A DNA stretch of 63,891 nucleotides, the filler included, from Corallochytrium limacisporum Hawaii (lineage: Eukaryota > Protista > Pluriformea), in the NCBI GenBank assembly GCA_002811645.1. It is 5 parts of 5 records of this genome, joined end to end, with 100 filler letters (N's around TTAATTAATTAA, not from the genome) between each part and the next. Parts side by side here need not be neighbours in the genome. Positions count along the whole stretch, not along the records: positions 18,392 to 36,726 come from PDIP01000167.1; positions 36,827 to 41,226 come from PDIP01000214.1; 3 more parts are not named here. One strand, written 5' to 3'. Below, in pieces: positions 24,724 to 37,606 of this stretch. Made by a program: the position numbers and the translations under genes. Below the pieces are notes generated by a model, which was not told the origin of the DNA, ran no database searches, and worked only from the letters and a program-made list of their open reading frames with translations. Position 1 is the first letter of the stretch. Each line of letters begins with the position of its first letter.

Positions 24724-25845
24724 TCAAATACGTGACTCAGACTGATGCATACTGGCCACGTATCCCAGTTTGGGATCAACTTTGCCGACCAGCAAATCAT
24801 CGAACAGTTTACTGACGTTCTCTGGGCCTTGAATACGCTTCACCTGCATCCATCGGCCAGCGTCGTTGACGAATTGCGCCCAATCGGCGCCAGTCTTGCG
24901 CTGGAACTGTTCGGGACCCCATTCTTGGTTGCGCTTTTGCGCTTGCGCAGGTGCAAAGAACAACAGTGGCTTCGGGCCGGGCAGATCATCATTTCGACCA
25001 CGGTCGTCCCAAAATGTCGCACCCACACTGCAAGAATATTTGAGATTGTCCCGCCAATGATGATGAATGTTTCGGCGCAATTTGTTGCTCCCGGCCATGT
25101 CGACAAAAACTGTTGATGTGGCACAGTCCAGATCCCGTTCCAAACGGTCATAGGGAACCACAGTATCGTAGAAACCAAGATCTTCACAGAAACGGACGTT
25201 GTTTGGGCTGGTCAAGCCAATGATTTGCACCGGGTGCCCCTGACGCTGAGCCAACTGGAAAGCCAGTCCGATGGACGTCTTGCTTGATGCACTGCTGATC
25301 AGAACAGACTTGGCACCGTAGAACTTGTTGTCCTCAAGCCAGTCATCAATCAGCCAGGAGGTCATGTACAGAGGACGCAAAAGCTCAATCAGTGCCTCGG
25401 CATATGGAGAATAGCTCGGATCCGCTGAGCATCGGAGGTAGTTGTTGTAGACTGGAGCCAGCGGCTTACGGTACTCAGCACCGTCCGTGAAGCCGTTGCG
25501 CGTGACCTTTGTGGGGATGAGGCTGACGTACTGCGCAGGACAGTAGGCACCGTAGAAGCGCTCACCGACGGATACACCCTCGCACTTGGACTGCACCACA
25601 TCCGCGAAACCCCAAACAGGGAAATGCGCCCATTGTTTTGGATCTGCGGTGGGCCAGAACTCGAAGTATTTCATGTGATTGCCAAAGGAGGCATAGGTGA
25701 TGTTGTTTGAGGTGAAGGCAAATTCATTCACCTTCATGACAACCTCTCCTGGCTGAAGATCCTTGAGAGAGATCTCATTGCTAATGACACGCGAGCGTGT
25801 GATGTCCTTGCGCGTTACTTGGAGGGCTACGTTCCGAATCATCAT
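24724..25845 (-). CDS. DUF2855 family protein (putative MDR-like NAD(P)-binding oxidoreductase fold)
   Basis: Family-typical blocks FAFTSNNITYA, YFEFWP, PVWGFADVV.S, GERFYG, LRPLYMTSWLIDD, VLISSASSKT, IGLTS..N, VDMAG, VGAT.W, LPGPKP..FFAP. Confidence 0.85.
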   Translation of the reverse strand: MMIRNVALQVTRKDITRSRVISNEISLKDLQPGEVVMKVNEFAFTSNNITYASFGNHMKYFEFWPTADPKQWAHFPVWGFADVVQSKCEGVSVGERFYGAYCPAQYVSLIPTKVTRNGFTDGAEYRKPLAPVYNNYLRCSADPSYSPYAEALIELLRPLYMTSWLIDDWLEDNKFYGAKSVLISSASSKTSIGLAFQLAQRQGHPVQIIGLTSPNNVRFCEDLGFYDTVVPYDRLERDLDCATSTVFVDMAGSNKLRRNIHHHWRDNLKYSCSVGATFWDDRGRNDDLPGPKPLLFFAPAQAQKRNQEWGPEQFQRKTGADWAQFVNDAGRWMQVKRIQGPENVSKLFDDLLVGKVDPKLGYVASMHQSESRI

Positions 25846-26770
25846 TGCGTTGTATGTGACCCTTTCCTTCTGCTTTCGAACCTACGAAACTCATTAATCC
25901 AAGGACTGACGTACTATCTAGCACTCAGGCCCCTTAAATACCATTTGCCACTGCTCAGGTCAGCCCCCCCCTTCGACCTCAACCAAAAGTGACTCCGCAC
26001 ATCTGCGAAACACCGCTCTCCTACCCTCCCCCCCCCCTCCCTTCTTTGCCCTCTCTATCACACTTTCGGCAGCGTCATTGCCTGGTCATACCCGTACATT
26101 AAAAACCAGGAGCACACGGTGGTATTAGTGAACCCGTCACGCTATCATCATTCTACACCACGGAAGCCAAAAAGGAGGGGTGTTGAGGGAGGCCCTTGGA
26201 TTTTCTCTACGCACTCTTTGCCCGGAACTACTGATCTTTTTCCGTCCTTGTTCCCCGAAAGGTCAGGGAGTCCCAAAGCCAGATGAAGAATTATCCAAAA
26301 GATCCCGTCTCGCTCCGGCACTGGGCCCGTATCCTAATTATAGAGCCGCCAAAATATGGGAATTGGGTGTCAGAGGAATGGGAGTCTATTTATTTCATTA
26401 TTTCCTTTCCTCTTTTTGTGGGTTGCACAGCAGGGAACCAAGAAGACCACCTTACCCTCGCTCTACCCCTCCCCTCTCCAGGCCCACAGCGCGCCGGGGG
26501 GCCTAATCTTCACTTTGCCCCCACCTAGGCCATCGAACCCGCCTTGTCGAGTGCGAAAGGACCCCGCCTTGCGCGGAGGGTCGGCGCACGCGCTGGCCAT
26601 TTGGTGCATTCCCAAGTGCCAGGCTGTTGTACAGATTCGTTTCCCTTTGTCAATATTAGACTACTTAAGATTTGTGTGCCTTCATATTATGTTGAGTGCT
26701 TCTATTTATATTTCTGAGCAGAGATCTAGTATGTTGGGCTCGTCGCTATCGGTCATGTCTGTACATAGCC

Positions 26771-27709
26771 ATGGAGCACGGGTTTGTGAACCACTATGAA
26801 ATTCTGGGCATTGTTTGCCCAAATCTGTTAGCAGGTGAAAAGATAGCGAATGATACGATACGTACGGCCTACCGCAGACTGGCATTGCAGTACCATCCGG
26901 ATAAGAACCAAGGGAATCCGACTGCAATTGCAAAGTTCCATTCTCTTTCTGCATCCTTTGAAGTCCTGAATGACCGGCGGGCAAGGGAAGCGTTCGACGC
27001 AGTCCTCAAAAGTAAGCAATGGATCAGACACCAACAAAATCAATGGACTGTCGAAAGACAGAAGCTGCGGGCGGATCTTGAACGGCGTGAAGCTCAGGCG
27101 CAGATGGAGAATGCGAGGGCTGCGTTCGAAGTCGAACTCAACCGCATCCGGGAAGACAACCATGCAGCCCTGAAACAATTCCAACGGACCCTGCAAGAAG
27201 AAATTGATGCACAAGAACGCGAAGATAGTCGACGCAGGGCACTGGCAGCAAGTCAGCAGATCTCCGCCCAGCAGGCCAGTAACTCTGCTGTGCAATGGCA
27301 GCAGAAGACGCTGTCCGTCCGGCTCAAGCCAGACTTCTGGTCAGAGACCTGCGAAGAGTCCAAAGCCGAAGCAGAATCCAATCTTCGAAAGCAATTTAAC
27401 AAGGTTTGCGGTGATGACGAAGTTCAGAACATTGTCATCGCCAAGGGTGGCAAAAAAGTCATGCTCGAATTGAAGTCCAACGACGGCTGTGAGATTGCTC
27501 TGCAGGCTAGCATTCCAGGAGTGGCCAAAGTCAAGAGGGTCAAGCCATCCCATCTGCCGTCTTCTTCTGTCCCTGTCACAGATGGTGCATCTGTACCGCC
27601 ACCCCAAGTGCTTGATGATGCGCTGCAGCGGGATATTCGCATTCGCGCTGAGATGATGTCCCACACAGATTTTATTGCCCTGGAAGACAGGATACTTCGG
27701 TCCCTGTAA
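26771..27709 (+). CDS. DNAJC17: DnaJ protein of DNAJC17/Cwc23 type (spliceosome disassembly co-chaperone)
   Basis: J domain (HYEILG, AYRRLALQYHPDKN), then RQKLRADLERRE coiled coil, a degenerate RRM-like segment and a terminal DF..LEDRILRSL helix. ATG at 26771. Confidence 0.75.
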   Translation: MEHGFVNHYEILGIVCPNLLAGEKIANDTIRTAYRRLALQYHPDKNQGNPTAIAKFHSLSASFEVLNDRRAREAFDAVLKSKQWIRHQQNQWTVERQKLRADLERREAQAQMENARAAFEVELNRIREDNHAALKQFQRTLQEEIDAQEREDSRRRALAASQQISAQQASNSAVQWQQKTLSVRLKPDFWSETCEESKAEAESNLRKQFNKVCGDDEVQNIVIAKGGKKVMLELKSNDGCEIALQASIPGVAKVKRVKPSHLPSSSVPVTDGASVPPPQVLDDALQRDIRIRAEMMSHTDFIALEDRILRSL

Positions 27710-28105
27710 CACTAAAGAATACATATATTGTGAGCCAACAAATGTTGTGGTTAACGAAACAAATAGCAAAGGAACGAAAAGCACATTAACACATTTGATG
27801 TATTAGTTATGGCAGAAACGGCCCAAAACAAATGGGTGTTACGGTGCGCGTAGGTGTCGAATGGGGGGTAGGGGGACTGTCCATGATCCAAATTGCTATC
27901 TCCTTGTTTCTCCGTTTCCACAGGGGTAAGACCGCGTACCTGCATGGTTGCCCGGTGAAATTTTACAATTGTCCGTCCCAAGGAGATGTGATGAAGATTT
28001 TGGTGTGTTTGCCACGGAATCCGGAGGAATGAACCCTTCAATGATATCAAGCGAGGAAGTGCCATGAGAAGAGAGTGCTCTTTCCGTATCGGCCGCACGC
28101 GCCCT

Positions 28106-28774
<669 letters not shown>

Positions 28775-31183
28775 CTAAACGTGTTCCAGTTTCCGCAGGG
28801 TCTAGCTTCCTTTAAGCTTTCACCCAATCACCCTTCCGACTCGTGTCAAGGAATCGACGTCTATGCGTCTTTTTTATATTTACTATCGCGCCTCCACGGG
28901 TCCCCGCTTGTGAGTCGTCGGTTCCTTACGTAGGACTCCCTTGTGGTGCTATGACAAAACATTGGACCCGTGACGCTCTCCAATATACTAGACTTCAATA
29001 AATAGCACATATCCTAGAAACTGGCAGCTTGTGATTCGCCACTTAATGCACGCAGCCAAAGCGGTGGAAGACAATGGCGTATCCCAGCACATGAATCCAA
29101 CGAAGAAGCCGTACTTCGTCTTCCCGCGGGATCACCGACAACAAGAGCCACCTCAGTTTCGCCCGGGCTCTTTTTTTTTCATTGTGGTGAACACATCTTC
29201 GTTTGGAGTGATTGCGGGAACCCCCAACCGCGCGGAGACAGGTCCCGCCCCCCCCCCTCGTCTTCCCCCAAACCTAGCTCCCCAGGCCACCGTAGTACAA
29301 ATCCTACTGCCATGGGGCCGGGTGTTCATTCAGGCCAGGACGTGGCTAGTCATGGCGGCAACACCCTTCCCTCCCCCTTTTCCTGCTGAAAAGTCCTTCC
29401 CACACCGCCTCGCACTGTGGTGCGGCCAGTCATTCGCTACCGACCCGCCTTGACTCAGTGAGCATTCTCTCTGCCCCATTTTTTTTCCCTTGTTTTTGCA
29501 GTCTTCTCTTCTGTTGCCGCGGAAAACTAGAAAATATAAAAAAAAAGGAAAGAAACAAGCAAAGTAGACGAACTGAAATATTACCAAGGCATAACTCACT
29601 GCGGCAGTACTCGCAGCCACACACACACACACACGCACACACACGGTGTGGGGTCCCCCTTGGGGGTTGTGGGTGTTGGTGATAGCGGCGCTCCCCAGTG
29701 AATCTTCCCCGTGCGGCCGCACTGCCCTTGGTGTGATTTATTGCAGTGTTTCAGTTGCTGCTGGTTTCCCGAGGGTGGACAAGATTTGAGAGGGGACGGG
29801 GAAGACGTTGAGCCCTCTCTTCGCCCAGGGAGAGGAGAAGAGAGTGGGGGGGGGCGCGCGCGTGAAACTTTTCAGTCGTCATAAACCGGTGTCTTCGGCT
29901 CTCTCTCTCGGTTATTGTCCGGGTCCTCTCCCCCCTCCCCCCCTCTCTCTTTCTCTCTCTCTCTCCCACCCAACCCCCCAAAACTCCTCCTCACCTGGCG
30001 GCACAGACCGTTATAGCCAAAGTATTGCCAAAGCCAGACGGTACGAAGACCTCGTGATTTTCCTTTCTCCTTCTTATTTCTTTTTTACATATTTTTCGTG
30101 GTCCGCCTTAGTTTTACCTACTGGGCGCTGGGCGTCCTTTAATTCCCATCCCATTATTCATAGTCGTGGCCCTCACCGAAGCATTCTGTTGTGGGTGTTA
30201 AATGTATGGCAAAATGAAAAGTGGATCACTCACTTTGGCCCCAGAGGAGCTCACGAGGGAAGCGCGGATGGGTCAGATCCGAAAGCACACACACTCTCTC
30301 ACCGCCAAGGCAGAGACACTCCGGTACTGAAGAAAAATTAACCAGCATGAAATCAGTACTGGTATCGGATGTACGGGTTTCACCTCCCACGTACTGAATC
30401 AATGGTGATTTAGTACTTCAGCATCATCCATACAGAAGGTAAGATGATCTGTGAAAATTTGAATCAATCTTGATTTTCTACAGACGCTGTTCAATGGTGA
30501 GCCACACACTATACAATCGGTACTTTGAAGAGGACCCCTGGTTGATTTGCCAACAAGTCAGTCCAGCTAGAACAGGAACAACAAGCCACCACTGGCTGGA
30601 GGGAGTGAGTATCGAAAGGGGCGGTGGATGTTTCGAGAAGGGTTGGGACGTCTGTTACCCCAAAGGGAGGGCGGAGGGGGTGAAAGAGCGCGAGTTTACT
30701 GGAAGAGGGAGGTCCCCGGGGGGGGGGGTGTTGTGAAGCCCAGCTGTTGGGAGCAAGTGTGGGGTGGCTGGTCGAAGGCGCGCAAAAAACAAGGGGTATC
30801 CCGTCTGTGTGCCGATGGATTTTAAACCCTGGTGGCTTTCCTGACGGCTTTTCCGTGTGCCGCCAGTTCGTCAGTTTTAAGGGACTAAACTACCTCTTTC
30901 TGAGTGGTATTTGCGAGTCAGCGCAACTTGATTCTGGACTTTCCTAGCGAAAGCTAGCACGTTTGCCGCGGTATTCCGGGACCGAGCACAATTGTAATCT
31001 CTAATCAGGACGAGTGACAGAATTTATCCTCAAATGTGAGACGTATCATAATGAGATAAGAACGTGAGTGAATTAAACAAAGACACCCACACGATTCAAC
31101 CGAACCACTAGTACATAGGCCAAAAAGGGGCTCCGGCTAGCAAAGATCAACCACGGCATAGCGGACCATTAACTCGGCATAAG

Positions 31184-32911
31184 ATGTCACTAATTACTCC
31201 CATCTCTAGCAAAGAACCAGATGCAGCAGATCTGAAGCGCAGTGAAGAGCTGGAGAAGTGCCTTCGATCTTTTGATCTATTCGAATCGGAAGCACAGCTG
31301 CAGAAGAGGCAGAATGTTTTGGGTAAGCTGAACCGGCTGGTAAAGGAATGGGTGGTTGAAGTCAGTCAGGCACAAAACATCCTCGATGCAGAGAATGTCG
31401 GGGCAAAAATCTTTACTTTTGGGTCATATCGTCTCGGTGTACATGGTAAGGGTGCTGATATCGATACGCTGTGTGTAGCACCTGCCCATGTGACGAAGGA
31501 GGATTTTTTCGGTGCGTTGGTCACAAAACTGCGGGAGCAGCCGGAGCTGAACGAGTTGACGCCTGTACCTGATGCTTTCGTGCCCGTTTGCAAGCTTATC
31601 TTTGATGGCATTGACATTGATTTGTTGTTTGCTCGTATTGACCGGCACAGCATCCCGGACGACCTCGATCTACTGGACACGAGCGTTCTGAAGGGAATAG
31701 ATGCCAAGGACCAGGCCACAGTGCGGTCCCTAAACGGGTGCCGTGTGACAGATCAAATCTTGCGGTTGGTTCCTAAGGTACCCAGCTTCCGAATGGCGCT
31801 GCGGTGTATTAAGTTGTGGGCCAAGAAGCGGGCCGTGTACTCGAACGTCATGGGCTTTCTCGGTGGTGTAGCCTGGGCCATGTTGGTGGCCAAGATTTGC
31901 CAGCTTTTCCCGAATGCGGCACCGAGCACCATTGTGAGCAAATTTTTCAGGGTGTACAGCATGTGGAAGTGGCCCACTCCTGTGCTGCTGAAGGAAATTG
32001 AAATGCACCACGAATTGAACTACACAGTCTGGAACCCAAAGGTCAACCGCCGTGATGCCCAGCACCTGATGCCCGTCATTACGCCGGCGTACCCTTCCAT
32101 GAACTCGACGTACAATGTCAGTCAAAGCACGAAGAAGGTCATGCTGGGGGAATTTGAACGCGGAGTGGACATTATGAGCCGACTGGAGTTGGGAGAGGCC
32201 ACGTGGGACGAACTATTCGAACCCTCGGACTTTTTCTACCGCTACAAGAACTACATTCAGATCCTCGTCAGTGCCACAACAGAGGAGAACTTTAAGCTCT
32301 GGGAAGGCTTTGTGGAATCCAAGCTTCGTCATTTGATTCTGCGCCTGGACATGGTGCCGCAACTGCTGATTGCGCATCCGTACATTTCTTCATTTGATCA
32401 ACACAACGAGGCCGAAAGCACCTGGCAGACATCCTTCTTTGTCGGGCTCAAGGCAGCCAGTGCGGAACAGGTGGCTCAGCCGCTTGCGGAAGGCAAGAAG
32501 CCCGAAGTGGACCTGACCTCGGTTGCTCAGGAGTTTGTAACACTCCTGGAGGGATGGGAAACCAAGACGGAGGATATGACGGTGCGTTTGAGCAATGTGA
32601 AGCGGACCAATCTTCCCGCATTCGTGTACCCTGACGGAAAACGTCCTGCACGCAAGCGTGCCAAGTCATCGCATCCACGCAAGGATGGTACCAATGGCAC
32701 TGCCGATAAAGACACTGCCACTGCCACCGCTGAGGGTGATGCGGAGCCCAAGCGTCGCAAGACTGACAAAGAAGTCGAGAAGGCCGCGGGTGCAGACGGC
32801 GAAGACACCAACGCCGGCATGCTTGACATTAGTGAAAGCGGTGACCATCCTGGAGTGGTCAACAGTGCCATGCAGAACAAAAACCTCAAGCTCAACATGT
32901 CAGTTAAATGA
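31184..32911 (+). CDS. PAP1: Canonical nuclear poly(A) polymerase
   Basis: FTFGSYRLGVH.GADIDTL nucleotidyltransferase motif, VPDAFVP, RSLNGCRVTD, IKLWAKKR.VYSN..GFLGGVAW, HLMPVITPAYPSMNSTYNV, W.GFVESKLR; basic NLS-like tail. Confidence 0.95.
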   Translation: MSLITPISSKEPDAADLKRSEELEKCLRSFDLFESEAQLQKRQNVLGKLNRLVKEWVVEVSQAQNILDAENVGAKIFTFGSYRLGVHGKGADIDTLCVAPAHVTKEDFFGALVTKLREQPELNELTPVPDAFVPVCKLIFDGIDIDLLFARIDRHSIPDDLDLLDTSVLKGIDAKDQATVRSLNGCRVTDQILRLVPKVPSFRMALRCIKLWAKKRAVYSNVMGFLGGVAWAMLVAKICQLFPNAAPSTIVSKFFRVYSMWKWPTPVLLKEIEMHHELNYTVWNPKVNRRDAQHLMPVITPAYPSMNSTYNVSQSTKKVMLGEFERGVDIMSRLELGEATWDELFEPSDFFYRYKNYIQILVSATTEENFKLWEGFVESKLRHLILRLDMVPQLLIAHPYISSFDQHNEAESTWQTSFFVGLKAASAEQVAQPLAEGKKPEVDLTSVAQEFVTLLEGWETKTEDMTVRLSNVKRTNLPAFVYPDGKRPARKRAKSSHPRKDGTNGTADKDTATATAEGDAEPKRRKTDKEVEKAAGADGEDTNAGMLDISESGDHPGVVNSAMQNKNLKLNMSVK

Positions 32912-35900
32912 AAGAATTGAATGTGGTGGCCGTACAAGAGAGACTAAAGTGAGCAATTACGTGCACCCCTATTCCTGGCCCAGTCACCCCTGGACGCTCT
33001 CCTTGCGAACACCAGCAGGAACGGACGTTTGCGCCAACATGAGGGCAACCGTACCTGAGAGAAAGTCGGGATCTTTGCCGTTTGAGCCCGCCCGTGAGCA
33101 TGCACGCGCCATCAACACCAAATTTTATATATCCATGCATCATCAACCATTCTCTTTATCATACCCATCATCATTTCCATCAACATCATCGTATCAACAA
33201 ACAAAAAACCGCCTAACCTAAACATCCAAATAAAACCGTCAAAACCCACACAAATCTGCCGTAGATGATCTCCTCTGGCAAGTGCCCCTTCATAGCGTAA
33301 TCACCCCAGGTCCTTGAGAGGCCGCCGACCAAGACCGAATCACCAAATGCACACTCGGTGTCGAACCACTTTGCAACGCTCCATCTGACCACTTTATTCA
33401 CACATTTGCCCGGGGCTTGTCGCCCCAATCCCGCGCCACAGAGGTGAACTTGGTATAAGGAGGGTGGTGAAGCGATTAATAATTGGACCCCCACCCGAGG
33501 AAAACCCGTCTGCCCCCCCCCCCTGGGGACGGCCCGGGAGCCTCCCGCTGCCCGCTGGTAGCAAATGTACCAACAGAAAACACGAGCAAAAAAAAGGAGT
33601 AAAAATTGAGTGTTAAAAGGTGCGGGTACTTTTGCTACCGGGTGGTGCCCCTATCTGTCCGCACCCGGCTGCTGCGAACTGATGTTACCTTCACGGTGTG
33701 TGGCTGGATTCTGCTCCCTCACGTTCCTGACCTTCGCTTAGTTTTTGGTTTAAAAATGGGGGTCCCCTCCCCTCCGGCCCCCCCCCCGGGGGGGGNNNNN
33801 NNNNNNNNNNNNNNNNNNNNNNNNNNNNNNNNNNNNNNNNNNNNNNNNNNNNNNNNNNNNNNNNNNNNNNNNNNNNNNNNNNNNNNNNNNNNNNNNNNNN
33901 NNNNNNNNNNNNNGGGGGCCCCCCCCCCCCCCCCCCCCCCCCCGGGGGGGGGGGGAGGGGAGAGAGAGAGAGAGAAGGGGGCCGCGGTACCACTGGTAAC
34001 AAAAAAAGAAAAAAAAGGGAAGGCCGAGTGGCGCCCACCGAAAGGGAAGTGTTGGGGGGTCACCCAAGCAAACAGGCCCCTGGTGGTACATAGGCAAATA
34101 CGTCAGGCTCCTTTGCGGGTTGGTACGTCTTGGGTTTCACTTTTTGCACCCCTCCCCCCTTTCTCCCCAACGTCGTGTGCGGACGCGTGTACCAAAATAG
34201 TTGGGATGGCACCCGACATCTGCCACAGACGAAGATATTGACGCAGATGTGTACTCTTCCTACTGCAATCAACCTCGGACTCAAACCCCCTCTGAACATG
34301 ATGGCCACGATTATCGTGTTGGTGAGGATATCGGTCGGAACAAGCCATGCCAACTCGGAAGAACCCCAGTACACGCCTCCTGCTGCCCAAAAGCCCATCA
34401 ATACATGATCCAAGATCAAGTCCGTATTTGTTCAATGGGACATCCTGGAACATGGTAGCTGACTGTCTCTTCTTTGTTAACAGTTTGTGGCTTTCCTATC
34501 TCTCGCTGCTGGCATGGAACTTGCGAGGTCCGTTCATCGCTTGGTTGGGCCTACGCGGCTGCCCTCCATTTAACTCGCTGCTGTCCGTGCCTTTCTCAGC
34601 AGACTAGACTTAGGTTCTCGATTTGTATGCTTCTTTCTTCTTCGCTGTAGGTGGTCAAGTGACTGACCTCTGACTCCTCTCCTGATAACGGCGGGTTTGC
34701 CGGGCCGGGGTGCAACCGACCAGGGTGTGTCAAACAAAGCATTCCACAAGAATCTTTCCAACTGCCTCATTTACATATATATACACACACACGTGTGTAT
34801 TGGGTCCGGTGAGCAATCGGTACGGTTTCGTGCCTTGGTCCATGTCGTGCCGCGAAAGCATCACCCGAACCTGATGCGAGCCGGGTAGCACTCCTCCTTT
34901 TTACAGGGAGAGTTGGAGATTCCACACGGGGCGGGGGGCCGGGGCGGGCGGGCATGAGGGNNNNNNNNNNNNNNNNNNNNNNNNNCCGGCGGGGCGCAAG
35001 GCGCTTTTGGTTGCTGACAAACGCCAACCAAAACACCGCCCTGCGGCCGCCGCAAACGTTCAAAATGGTCAAAGGACGAGCCAGTGAAATCTGAAAAAAG
35101 CAGGGAAGGGAGGAAGGGCAGGCAGCAGTAAAGGAGAGGCAAGGAAGGGTTGGTCCCAAAAAAAGGAAAAATGAAAAAAACAGAAAAAAGGAACAATGAA
35201 AAAAATCAGGCATCGGAGCGGGTGCAATAACAGCCACGTTGACCCACTCGACCTAAAATAAAGCAAGCGTCGCTGCAAGCGCTCGTCGTCGTTGTTGGAC
35301 AAAAATGTAAAATTAAGAAAACCGAAAAAGAGGAGATAGCGGGTGTTGAGGGGGTTAGAAGGGGGTAACACAAAAGAAAGGGAAAAGTTAAAGTACACGG
35401 CTATTCAAAGCTCCCCAAAGGAAATTCAATATAGAAAACAAAGAAAGAAGAACCCGGACCCGCGGATAAAAAGACTGGACAGCATCGGTGGTTGCGTTGG
35501 ATCTGATACTCAATGTATACGAACCCACTGATGCAAACCCCTCGTCTCCCCCCCCCAGAAGAGACCAAAAGATGCTTGCAAAAAAAACTAAATAGACTGA
35601 ATAAAAAGATAAGATAAACTACAACAGAAAGGAAAAAACTAATAAAAAGGAATCCATAAAAAAATAGAAAACAATTAGGCAGGGGTGTAGAAGGAAGGGA
35701 GGGTGTGATTTTCCCCTTTGTGTATCTCTTCTTTTTACGGAATGCCTTCCCGCTGATCCGGGCTTAGAGAGTGCACAGAGAGAGAGAGAGATCACCGCGC
35801 GATAGTGGGCCCATTGCGGGTGTCGGGAGTGCAGTGCCCGTCAAGCACCGGGGGAGAAGGAGGGAAGGGAAGGGAGGGTGTTGTCCCTCCGAGCATGCAC

Positions 35901-36726
35901 CCGCCCGGCGATACCATCGATGGCGATAGTGTACGTATCGGAAAGAGAGAGAGAGGGAGCGAGAGAGGAGGGGCTAAGGGGTAGTGAAGGAAGGCCCCCG
36001 GAACGGGGAGGAGGGGGGGGGGGTAACGGGAGCCGCTGGGAGTCTGTCCGGTGACAATCAATCTTTTGTTCTTTACTTTCTTTTCAAGGTTCTTTTGATA
36101 CTGAGTGAGGAGCTCGGGTTAGGGAGAGGGAGAGGGGCAGTTTCCCCTTTTCTTTTCTCTCTGTGTTTCTCTCTATTTTCTTTTTTTTTTTGCTTTCGAC
36201 ACAGAAACTATTAAGCAGCCCCACCAAAAACTAATAAGAAAAGGGTAAAAAAGAAAAAAACAAGAGAAAACAAATTCCAAACTGACGTCTGTTCAAAAGA
36301 ATTCCAGCCTCCTCTCTCCCTGCTGCCTGAGCGAAGGAAGGCAAGTGTGTGAGGGTAAGTTAGAGACGGTGATTTTGTACGCAAAGTTTCTACGCAAGGA
36401 GCGGGCCCCAGGAGCAGCTTCTTCTTCTTCCTTTTTTCAGCCACCGTGACCAAATGGAGCAAATAAAACCAAAGAACAGACGAAGACACAGAAAGGGAGG
36501 GGCCGCCAACAAAGAGTGAGAGAGAGGGAGAAAATGATTGACTTAGCGATTGCGTTGCTTTTCTATTGTGCGTGCGTGCAGGCGTGCGGGTGCGTGCGTG
36601 TGTGTGTGTGTGTGTGCGTGTACGGACGGTCATACGTACTATCCTCTGAGTTGAATGTATACTCCGTATCCAACCAAAATTTTCGTTCGAAAATATATAC
36701 CGGATCGTGATTTATATGATTATTTA

Positions 36727-36826
36727 NNNNNNNNNNNNNNNNNNNNNNNNNNNNNNNNNNNNNNNNNNNNTTAATTAATTAANNNNNNNNNNNNNNNNNN
36801 NNNNNNNNNNNNNNNNNNNNNNNNNN
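36727..36826. other. Artificial contig linker N44-TTAATTAATTAA-N44
   Basis: Same 100-bp construct. Confidence 0.95.
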
Positions 36827-36846
36827 AACTCGGTTGGCGCGAATTT

Positions 36847-36913
36847 CTCCCTCCCTCCTTATTCCGGTTGATTAAATATGATTTGGAGCAATATTTCGAC
36901 GCAGAGGATAGTA
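36847..36913 (+). repeat. 67-bp dispersed repeat, copy 1
   Basis: ctccctccctccttattccggttgattaaat(a/g)tgatttggagcaatatttcgacgcagaggatagta; one mismatch versus the copy at 41327-41393. Confidence 0.9.
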
Positions 36914-36967
36914 ACAATTATGGAAATAGAAAATATGCTAGTGTACCAGGCAACCCGACCAGACGGC

Positions 36968-37606
36968 TTACCACACAATCACTGGCCTACCCCCTTTGGC
37001 CAGCTGCTCATTTAACCATACCAAAGTGGCCGCACCCTAGGAATCCACGGTGGGCGCTCAGAGGTGATGGATGGCTACTGGTCAAGACCCTATGTCTCGT
37101 TCTGTCGATGTTGGCGCCTTTTTTCTGAGCATGGGCCCCCCATAGTAGGCACACTATGGGTTCAGGGCCCTTGTTGAGGCACTCCACAACGTACTCCGTG
37201 AAGTCCTCCCACTCTTTATTTGCATGGCTCATCGGAGTAGCCTTACGCACAGTCAAGGTTGCATTGAGCATCATAACCCTTGCCTTGCCCGACTGCGCTT
37301 CAGTATAGGAAACCCCAAAGGCCGCTACTGTACCTCAAGATCGGGAACCCGTTCCCCTGGGACGAAGGGATGGCGGTACCAGCCCCACCCCACTTCCCCT
37401 CCCCAGGCCCGACCTCCTCGTTTCAACTAACCATCGCGACCTTCGTGTTAGGAGTGCCATGGTACTGTCCGTTCACTCCGCAGTATCCTTCAGTTTTTGA
37501 AAAGGACACATTGTGCGCAGTGACCATGACCCGCACACCGAAAACATGCGCACAATCACTGGTGGTGGGTGTCCATGGTGCTGCCCGGTTCTCATGTCTG
37601 GCCTAG
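36968..37606 (-). pseudogene. UNG: Decayed family-1 uracil-DNA glycosylase
   Basis: 37008-37274 encodes LNATLTV...SHAN.EWE.FT...LLWGAHAQKK...HPSPLSAHRGFLGCGHF. A 1-nt insertion at ~37011-37013 cuts off VNEQLAKGGRPVIVW* (stop at 36968). A frameshift lies in the ARQGV segment (~37278). Upstream remnants are VPPSLR (37362-37379) and LGQ..HE.PG..HG (37572-37606), without an intact GQDPY. Confidence 0.75.

Noticed and set aside
25882-25914. Possible 33-nt 5' UTR intron upstream of DUF2855 (GTACGT...TAG, minus strand)
   Set aside because: Very short with a weak branch point; cannot be distinguished from chance without transcripts.
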